Assembly (NCBI GenBank): GCA_964511035.1
Contig: CAZEDP010000002.1
Span: 1 to 38,380, forward strand
DNA: 38,380 nucleotides
DNA from: an uncultured Gammaproteobacteria bacterium
GTDB taxonomy: Bacteria > Cyanobacteriota > Vampirovibrionia > Gastranaerophilales > CAZEDP01
Reading direction: 5' to 3'
The position numbers and the translations under genes were made by a program. The notes under the pieces are model-generated. The model saw only the letters and a list, made by a program, of their open reading frames with translations. It was not told where the DNA came from and searched no databases. Of the stretch, positions 7,101 to 13,903 are shown piece after piece (position 1 is the stretch's first letter; every line of letters begins with the position of its first letter).

Positions 7101-8657
7101 ATGAATAAAAGAGATTATACGGGGTATGTAAACCCGAAATTGAATGATTCGAATAAAATATTCACAAGGGAAGAAATCGCGAAAATGCCGAGGGCTGAAT
7201 TTGCGGCTAATGAAAAAGCTATTGATTATCAACTAGGAACAATCGGAATACCATCCGAAAACGATTTGCAGGGTAGCAGCGGGGTTGTCCATGTCAGAGC
7301 ATATACAAAAGGTGACGGAACCGACGTAAGAGAACATTATCGCTCTGCTCCCAATCGACAGTCAAATACTTGGGGAATGGGAGTTGATGAGGATAAAAAT
7401 AACAAACCTGATTCAGATGAGGATAAAACACCCGCCCCTAATCCAAAACCGACTGAAGATCCAAACACTGATAAAAATCCAAATCCAAAAACTCCCGATC
7501 CCGAAAATAATTCCGGCGATGTGCTCAAAGGCGGAATAGTTATTAATGAATACAACGAAAATGCTAAAGGAAGTATACCCTATCTTGCAATTGCTATTGC
7601 TATAGGCGCTTTAGTTTTAACAGCGGTAAAAATTGCTGCAGCAATCGCCGGAACCAAATCTCAACAGACTATATCCGGTAGTCCAATTAATGCAATTGAA
7701 ATTAATAATAATAGTTCCGAAAGAATTAAAACGCATCAGGCAAGAAATGTTCAAATACAAAATTATAAAGCTCAATTAGTAAATATAATTAAAGAATCCA
7801 GAACATTGCTGGAAAAACAAAAGTCAGAACTCCAAAGTTTCGAAAACAAAATAGCTAAAAATAATAACCAATCTGTTCATAAACAATTGTGGGCTGAATA
7901 TTCAGCTAATAAATCGTTGTATCAAGACAACAAAGCTAAAATCGACAAATTGGAAAATATGGTAAATAATAACCAGTTTCAGGAAATTGCAAGGGATTAT
8001 AAGAATTCATACGCAGAAGAAGGAGGAGGAGGAAATCCTAAATCATCTGGTAATGACAGATTAAAAGGTTTTAGACCATTATCGTATAATTGGAAAACAG
8101 CTGTACAACAATCTCGAGAAGCAACTATAAATGACTTAATAAACTACGGACTCTTTTCCGCAAGTTTTGCAGGTGTTCCCGGCATTGAAGAACAGGCTAT
8201 CGCAAAAGCTCTACCTATTGTTGGCAAGATGGGACAAGGGGCTTTGGCTAGAACTCCTTTAATACGAAACGTATATGAGAGGCTCTCGGAAAAAGCAATA
8301 ATAAAATTTATTGAAGAAAAAGTTGCTCAAATGCCGAAAGTATACAAAGGAAGACCTTCAAATCCCTCTCTTTACAAAGAAAAACTTTATAGAACATATT
8401 ATACTTTGAAAAATAACGGTTATTTGGTAAATCGTCATGCAGTGCCAAGAATTGTGCAACGGATTAATCAGGGTAAAATCAGTTCGGTAGAAAAAATTCT
8501 AGAAGTTTTAAAAAAGGGTCATTTGTATTATGATCCTGTTGAAAATAATTATGTGCGTTACGCAGACAATGTGGCTGTAATTATTGATAGATATACAGGT
8601 GAAATAGTAAATGCAATTGGTAGGGGAACTAACCCTTACTGGATTTTGAAAAAATGA
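7101..8657 (+). CDS. virion-module protein with scaffold-type N-terminal motif, one TM helix and a C-terminal RelE/BrnT/DUF4258-like putative RNase toxin domain
   Basis: aa 21-45 FTREEIAKMPRAEFAANEKAIDYQL matches the scaffold tail. A P/D/N/K linker follows, then a TM helix at aa 159-184 (IPYLAIAIAIGALVLTAVKIAAAIAG). The C-terminus reads NRHAVPRIVQRINQGKISSVEKILEVLKKGHLYYD...NVAVIIDRYTGEIVNAIGRG. ImmD-like genes start 11 nt downstream. Confidence 0.5.
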   Translation: MNKRDYTGYVNPKLNDSNKIFTREEIAKMPRAEFAANEKAIDYQLGTIGIPSENDLQGSSGVVHVRAYTKGDGTDVREHYRSAPNRQSNTWGMGVDEDKNNKPDSDEDKTPAPNPKPTEDPNTDKNPNPKTPDPENNSGDVLKGGIVINEYNENAKGSIPYLAIAIAIGALVLTAVKIAAAIAGTKSQQTISGSPINAIEINNNSSERIKTHQARNVQIQNYKAQLVNIIKESRTLLEKQKSELQSFENKIAKNNNQSVHKQLWAEYSANKSLYQDNKAKIDKLENMVNNNQFQEIARDYKNSYAEEGGGGNPKSSGNDRLKGFRPLSYNWKTAVQQSREATINDLINYGLFSASFAGVPGIEEQAIAKALPIVGKMGQGALARTPLIRNVYERLSEKAIIKFIEEKVAQMPKVYKGRPSNPSLYKEKLYRTYYTLKNNGYLVNRHAVPRIVQRINQGKISSVEKILEVLKKGHLYYDPVENNYVRYADNVAVIIDRYTGEIVNAIGRGTNPYWILKK

Positions 8658-8668
8658 GGTAAATAAAT

Positions 8669-8974
8669 ATGGTAAATGATGCAATGAATCATATCAATTT
8701 TTTAATAAACATGGCTAATGATTTTTTGAATAATAGAATTGATATATATGAATTTTGTATTGAGTTTGAAAATTATCTTGAAGATAATATGACAAACATA
8801 TCAGATTATAACAGCGAAATCTATGAATATCTTGAAGATATAAGAATGGGAATTGCAAATTATGAATCTATTCCCGAGGCTAGGGATCGTCCTTACTTTC
8901 TTGATGAGGACGGAGTGAGGAAGAGAACTAAAAGTGTTCTCGATAAATTATCAAGCAAATATAATCTCAGGTGA
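8669..8974 (+). CDS. ImmD-like small protein, paralogue 3 of 4 (candidate cognate immunity)
   Basis: 101 aa with GAGG RBS. Same motif set as 1383-1688 (FLNNRIDIYEFCIEFENYL ... YESIPEARDRPYFLDEDGVRKRTKSVLD). Confidence 0.6.
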   Translation: MVNDAMNHINFLINMANDFLNNRIDIYEFCIEFENYLEDNMTNISDYNSEIYEYLEDIRMGIANYESIPEARDRPYFLDEDGVRKRTKSVLDKLSSKYNLR

Positions 8975-9288
8975 AGATAAATATGACAAATGAAGCATTA
9001 AATCATATTAAATTTTTAATAAATATGGCTAATGATTTTTTGAATAATAGAATTGATATAGAGGAATTTGATATTGAATATCAAGATTATTTTGAAAATC
9101 ACTCAAAAGAAATTTTAGAATATAATAAAGACGTTTATGAATATCTTGATCATATATATATGGGTGTTGAGTACTATGAATCTATTCCTGAGGCTAGAGA
9201 TCGCCCTTACTTTCTTGATGAGGACGGAGTGAGGAAGAGAACTAAAAGTGTTCTTGATGTATTGGCTGATAAATATAATTTGAGGTAA
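8971..9288 (+). CDS. ImmD-like small protein, paralogue 4 of 4
   Basis: GTGA overlap with the upstream gene. An internal ATG gives MTNEALNH. Roughly two-thirds identical by eye to 1685-2002, with an identical 3' end. Confidence 0.6.
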   Translation: MKINMTNEALNHIKFLINMANDFLNNRIDIEEFDIEYQDYFENHSKEILEYNKDVYEYLDHIYMGVEYYESIPEARDRPYFLDEDGVRKRTKSVLDVLADKYNLR

Positions 9289-9627
9289 TTGGGAATATAT
9301 TAATGTGAAGTTGGGATTCATTCACACGTCCCATTTGGACTGGACTGACACTGTGAATGGTATTCTTTGCTTGCGCTTAGTTCTGGCATTATAGGGACAG
9401 ATCCCCACGTTCGCGGAGTTTACACTGAGCAGAGCGAATGTACTCTCTGAGGATGACATGGTTTGTTATGGTTGGGATACGACCTTGCGATGCCGTGTCG
9501 GTACACGACATGACGGGGGCTTTTTGGATTGCTTCGTCACTCTGCTCCTTGCAATAGGGGTATTCGCTTTTGTGGATTTTTAGCGTTTTTAAATGTTAGA
9601 AAAAGTTTTTAATATTACTAATCATTA
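9289..9627. ncRNA. candidate structured non-coding element B (unclassified), related to 2003-2335
   Basis: No ORF of 60 aa or more on either strand. By hand count, 34 of 60 bases are G/C at 9481-9540, against 8 of 60 at 9001-9060. Helices: ATTCACA 9320-9326 with TGTGAAT 9352-9358; GAGCAGAG 9427-9434 with CTCTGCTC 9540-9547. Shares conserved blocks with element A. Confidence 0.3.
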
Positions 9628-11103
9628 ATGAACAAGGAAATATTGCACATGGCTAAATTTAATTATTTTAATAACACAGGCGGGCTGAATAAATTTCTGT
9701 CCGAAGCGCAGCTAAACGAAAGCCCGAAAAGAACAGATTGGTTTGACGCTCAAAATGTAGAGTGCTATAAATCAGGCGGTATTCGCAAAATGAAGGGATG
9801 TAAAAATATTTTATTCTCCTCATTGCCCACAGACACTAGAATACTGGGGATTTTTGAATATGTTCGAGCAGGGGAGATTTATCCCGTTATCAACACTTCA
9901 GAAGGGAAATTGTATAAATTCGAAATAGAATCCGGCGAACTGAGCCTTTTGTATTCGGGACTTGATGCTAATGCAAAATGTCTTTATGCCAATTACAACA
10001 ACGGAGTAATTATTACCAACGGCATTGACAGCCCTATATTTTACGAGCTGGGAAACAATCCTGTTACACTTGGAGAAGACGCCCCCAAAGGACTGTCTTT
10101 GGAAATATTTAAATCAAGAGTATTCATAGCTAAAGATTCAACATTGTATTACAGCGCTCTGGGCAATCAGTTTGACTGGACAACAGAAAAAGATGCAGGT
10201 TATATCGGTAATTTTCATAATGACGCAAGCCCGATTACCGCTCTGAAAAATTACGGGGAATTCTTGGCAATATATAAGGAAAAAAGTGTTTATATTCTTT
10301 CGGGAAGCTCTCCTGATGATTATTCCATTAGTCCGGTAGCTGATAAAGGGTCTTTAAGTCCGTTTGGAATTGGAACAATTAACAACAACCAGTTTTTCTT
10401 CAACGGGGAATCCATTACACCGTTAAAATTCAATGAACTGGGACAGATTTTGCTCGACAACGACATCAGCATAAAAATTAAACCTGTCTTTGAAGAACTG
10501 GATAAAACAAAATTCAGTCAAACTATTTGCGTTCCTTATAAAAATAAAAATCAGATATGGTTTTATTTCGGAACAAAAGATTCTGATTGTTTAGATGAGT
10601 GTTATGTTTTTGATTATCTCAACAACTGCTGGTACAAAAGGAAAGGCATTCCCATAGTCTGCGCCGGAATTATTGACGGTGAAATCTATACCGGAACTTC
10701 CGACGGAAGAATACTTCAGGAAAACTCAACCGATAGTTTTGACGGAGAAAATATTGAAGCATGGTGGGTATCACCGTGGTTTTGTTTTGACTCCCCTCAA
10801 AATGAAAAGGAAATGTCGGATTTTAATATCTGGCTCTATGAATCTCAAAAGTGCCCCATTGAAATCAGCTTTTATAAGAATTTCAAAAATATTCCGTTCA
10901 AAACAGCGGGAGTCAGCGTTTATAACAATAAAACACTGGTTTGGGACGGTAATAACTGGGTAGAAAATAACTATGCGAACGAGTATTCAAAAAGAAAGAA
11001 TGTGAAAATTAACGGAAGATTTGAACAATTACAGATAAAAATAAGCAATTTGAATGCTAATGAACCTTTTGAAGTTCTGGGGTTTTCATTTGAGCTTGAG
11101 TAG
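9628..11103 (+). CDS. phage virion structural protein (tail/nozzle-type guess)
   Basis: 491-aa ORF. An alternative start at ATG 9649 has an AAGGA RBS. The N-terminus NNTGGLNKFLSEAQLNESPK...AQNVECYKSGGIRKMKG resembles podovirus structural proteins as I recall them. No firm family assigned. Confidence 0.4.
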   Translation: MNKEILHMAKFNYFNNTGGLNKFLSEAQLNESPKRTDWFDAQNVECYKSGGIRKMKGCKNILFSSLPTDTRILGIFEYVRAGEIYPVINTSEGKLYKFEIESGELSLLYSGLDANAKCLYANYNNGVIITNGIDSPIFYELGNNPVTLGEDAPKGLSLEIFKSRVFIAKDSTLYYSALGNQFDWTTEKDAGYIGNFHNDASPITALKNYGEFLAIYKEKSVYILSGSSPDDYSISPVADKGSLSPFGIGTINNNQFFFNGESITPLKFNELGQILLDNDISIKIKPVFEELDKTKFSQTICVPYKNKNQIWFYFGTKDSDCLDECYVFDYLNNCWYKRKGIPIVCAGIIDGEIYTGTSDGRILQENSTDSFDGENIEAWWVSPWFCFDSPQNEKEMSDFNIWLYESQKCPIEISFYKNFKNIPFKTAGVSVYNNKTLVWDGNNWVENNYANEYSKRKNVKINGRFEQLQIKISNLNANEPFEVLGFSFELE

Positions 11104-11148
11104 TTGTTTTTGTAATTGATTAATTGCTATTTGGAATGGAAAAAATAC

Positions 11149-11691
11149 ATGATTAAATTTATCCCGATAAGAGCTGATTTTGAAAACGGGAAATTTGAGA
11201 ATCAGCAGTATTTGCCTTATATTTTAGAGACTTTTTATAAATATAAAGGCATTCTCACAGATGACTATTATCCTGAAAATAATTTCGAACTGCTCTCTCA
11301 AGTTATAGCCGAAATCAACGACCTGTACCCCTGGTTTTTGCTGTGCCTTTACGAAGGTAAGCCTGCCGGCGCGGCATGGGTTTCGCATTGGCATGGAAGT
11401 GAGAAGAAAATTCATTCCTGTCAAATTCAGTGCTTTGTAGATAAACAATACTGGGGAAGAAAAGCCGTTGAAATGGCTGATACGTTTTTAAAACTGCTCT
11501 TTGAAAACTACAAAATTGAAAGAATACAAATGGAAGTGCCGGAGCATAACGCCAGAGCTCGAGCTTTTGTCGAAAAGTTAGGCTTTGTCAAAGAAGGCAC
11601 AATAAGATGCGCAACATTAAAAAATAATAAACCTTTGAATCATATACTGTTTAGTAAACTGAAAGGAGAACATATATATGGGAAGAAGTAA
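11149..11691 (+). CDS. GNAT-family N-acetyltransferase (RimJ/RimL-like)
   Basis: Motif A-like region QYWGRKAVEMADTFLKLLFENYKIERIQMEVPEHNARARAFVEKLGFVKEGTIR. I prefer ATG 11149 over the TTG at 11116. The 3' end overlaps the next gene by 14 nt. Confidence 0.75.
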   Translation: MIKFIPIRADFENGKFENQQYLPYILETFYKYKGILTDDYYPENNFELLSQVIAEINDLYPWFLLCLYEGKPAGAAWVSHWHGSEKKIHSCQIQCFVDKQYWGRKAVEMADTFLKLLFENYKIERIQMEVPEHNARARAFVEKLGFVKEGTIRCATLKNNKPLNHILFSKLKGEHIYGKK

Positions 11692-12370
11692 AGCACCAAA
11701 AGCACCTGCATATCAACCGTCAGAAATTAAATACGGAGATACAGTCATAGGAAAAACCTATGTTGACCCCACAACAGGAGCCATCGTAACGCAGTATATT
11801 CCCGATCCTGCCGAAGCTCAAAGACAAAGTCTTGTTCAGCAAAAAATCAACGAAATTGCTCAATCATTAGGCACAACTTCGCCTGAACTAAATGAACAAT
11901 TTAACCAGACGCAAAATGCGTTTATTGATGATGCCAAAAGACAATTCTCAGATCAGTATGACCCTTCGTTAAAAAATCTGAGAGAAGATACCGCTTCAAG
12001 ATTTGGAACTTTGAATACGTCAGAATTCTTTAACGGATTAAATGATCTGGAAAAAATTAAGTCTAATGCTCTTATAGATATAATAAACAGAGGTAAAATG
12101 CTGAAAAATGACCTTGTTAACCAGAATGAAGCGAACAAGCTAAATGCGCTTGCGGCTTTAAACGGAACGTTAAGCTCGGATTCTGCAACTTCGCTTCAAA
12201 ATATGGATTCTTCATTGGCTTCATCAAATGCTCTTAATGGTTTTCTTAACAGTCAGTGGATGACTCAGCTGAATTATTATATGCAGAATCAAGCTAATAA
12301 AAGAGCTTATACCAGCTCTTTAGTCAATAAGCTGGGTCCTTTGGGAATAATTTTAGGGAAGTTGGGCTAA
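11678..12370 (+). CDS. hypothetical virion-module protein (Q/N/S-rich)
   Basis: 230-aa ORF overlapping the GNAT stop (coupled). No motif recognised. Confidence 0.4.
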   Translation: MGRSKAPKAPAYQPSEIKYGDTVIGKTYVDPTTGAIVTQYIPDPAEAQRQSLVQQKINEIAQSLGTTSPELNEQFNQTQNAFIDDAKRQFSDQYDPSLKNLREDTASRFGTLNTSEFFNGLNDLEKIKSNALIDIINRGKMLKNDLVNQNEANKLNALAALNGTLSSDSATSLQNMDSSLASSNALNGFLNSQWMTQLNYYMQNQANKRAYTSSLVNKLGPLGIILGKLG

Positions 12371-12372
12371 TG

Positions 12373-12978
12373 TTATTTTGTAAGACTGTATATTTCTTTG
12401 GTTTTGAATTCTCTAAATGTTAATTTGAGTTTTGACATCTGTCCTATTGGAACTAAGGTGTTTACGTTTATTGATTCTCCGGAATTTAGTATTCCTATTT
12501 CAACTTGATTAGGGTATGCAAGAGATTCGTTTCTGGCTTTTTTGTTAGCAGCATGATTCCCTGCATATATAAAGGGAGTTGAAACAAGAGCTACCAAAAA
12601 TGTAATACCTAAAGAGACAAAACCTAAAACAAATCCTCCGCCTATTGTTGCTCCTATTGCTGCAGCTGAACTCTTTTCGACATTAAGGTATCCCATTTGA
12701 CCAGTGATGCCGTCAGTGATTTGACCTGATAAAATATCAATTTCAAAAGGATTTTTGTTTGTAATTGTGTATTGATATCCGCTATAAACTTTGTTTAAAC
12801 GACTGTGTAGAGGTATTAAGTTCTTTGTAACTTCAATGTTTTCTATAGGATTTATGTCACTCAAAACTGCAGAATCTGTATTTGATTGTGTAGAAACAGA
12901 TTGAACATCTGCATAAGCAAAACACGGAAATAATCCTGAAATTATCAGACTGAGTAAAAAACTGAACAGTTTTTTCAT
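12373..12978 (-). CDS. secreted / membrane-anchored protein with C-terminal glycine-zipper segment (opposite-strand insert)
   Basis: Signal peptide MKKLFSFLLSLIISGLFPCFAYA-DV. C-terminal segment AAAIGATIGGGFVLGFVSLGITFLVALV. Confidence 0.55.
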   Translation of the reverse strand: MKKLFSFLLSLIISGLFPCFAYADVQSVSTQSNTDSAVLSDINPIENIEVTKNLIPLHSRLNKVYSGYQYTITNKNPFEIDILSGQITDGITGQMGYLNVEKSSAAAIGATIGGGFVLGFVSLGITFLVALVSTPFIYAGNHAANKKARNESLAYPNQVEIGILNSGESINVNTLVPIGQMSKLKLTFREFKTKEIYSLTK

Positions 12979-13045
12979 TTTATTACCTCTATTTAAACAA
13001 TTAACAAAATTAAAATAACATAAAAGATTTATAGGAAAAATAAAA

Positions 13046-13285
13046 ATGAATTATACGCTTGAACCTGCGCTTGCGGCAGTTGTTATCTCTGTCGTGGGTT
13101 TCTGTATCCAGTTCGGAATGTTCGTAAGACCTGAACAATTGGAAAAAAAACATCGGGAAATTCTTGAGGATGCAGAAAAGAAATTTGCCTCGTTGAGTAT
13201 GGTAAATGACTTGAAATGCCAATTTAACGAAATAAAACAAAAAATTGACCAGATTTATGAGATTTTGTTGGATAAAAAAGGGTAA
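13046..13285 (+). CDS. holin candidate
   Basis: 79 aa with one N-terminal TM helix (LAAVVISVVGFCIQFGMFV) and a charged coiled-coil tail. It ends 5 nt before the endolysin gene. Confidence 0.45.
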   Translation: MNYTLEPALAAVVISVVGFCIQFGMFVRPEQLEKKHREILEDAEKKFASLSMVNDLKCQFNEIKQKIDQIYEILLDKKG

Positions 13286-13290
13286 ACTCT

Positions 13291-13743
13291 ATGGTTGAAA
13301 TATGTTCGCCTGAAATGTTATACATAAAACTCGTTTCCGAGGGTTTTCCGATAAATTCCAACCTGTTTGCAACCAAGAACTTTAGGTGGAAAGAGTTGTT
13401 AATAAATCAAACCAAAGTTCCAACTCTGGCAGTAATCGTGAATTTGTTCAAAACAGCTTCTCTACTCCAGAAATACAGAGAGCTGATTTTTGAAAATTCC
13501 CCGATAATAATAACATCAGGTTGGAGATCAAAAGAATATAACAAAAAAATTGGCGGAGCTCCAAATTCATATCATATTCATGGCATGGCTCTCGACTTTG
13601 TTTGCACCAAGTTTTCCCCTCAGAAAGTACAAAAAAAATTAAATCCGGTTCATCAGGGGGGATTGGAGTTCGCACCCACATGGACACATATTGACATTAG
13701 AAAGGAAAGAACCAGATTTGACAGTAAAGGAAGGGTTGTGTAG
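13291..13743 (+). CDS. peptidase M15A-type (zinc D-Ala-D-Ala carboxypeptidase fold) endolysin
   Basis: SGWRSKEYNKKIGGAPNSYHIHGMALDF (H-x6-D) and a distal TWTHIDIR histidine: the Peptidase_M15_3 signature. Confidence 0.8.
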   Translation: MVEICSPEMLYIKLVSEGFPINSNLFATKNFRWKELLINQTKVPTLAVIVNLFKTASLLQKYRELIFENSPIIITSGWRSKEYNKKIGGAPNSYHIHGMALDFVCTKFSPQKVQKKLNPVHQGGLEFAPTWTHIDIRKERTRFDSKGRVV

Positions 13744-13776
13744 ATTTAAATTAATCAAAAATGATACATTTTAACT

Positions 13777-13804
13777 AAGCCGCTTGCAAAAGCGGCTTTT
13801 TTTG
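13777..13804 (+). terminator. rho-independent terminator after the endolysin gene
   Basis: AAGCCGCT tgcaaa AGCGGCTT followed by a T run. Nearly the same hairpin recurs at 28670. Confidence 0.7.
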
Positions 13805-13903
13805 TGCCTAAATGTAAATTTTTGCAAAATCTCCCCTTTAAATTAGCAATGATTTTTATTTACAGCATTTTATTTATTAAGAAAAGAATTCGAGATTTTT
13901 TAT

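Larger units (their letters stand above)
2336..13743 (+). mobile_element. prophage-like virion and lysis gene block, apparently incomplete
   Basis: Same-strand run of scaffold-like, major capsid, structural ORFs, holin candidate and M15 endolysin. No portal, terminase or integrase motifs recognised in the window. Confidence 0.5.

Noticed and set aside
9447-9460. CUGAGGA words (also at 2281-2290) reminiscent of the hammerhead CUGANGA core
   Set aside because: No properly placed GAAA, and no helix I/II/III arrangement or cleavage-site context around either copy.
13010-13240. 76-aa minus-strand ORF opposite the holin candidate
   Set aside because: It overlaps the plus-strand ORF that is positioned 5 nt before the endolysin gene and has a clear TM helix. 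The minus-strand peptide has no features.
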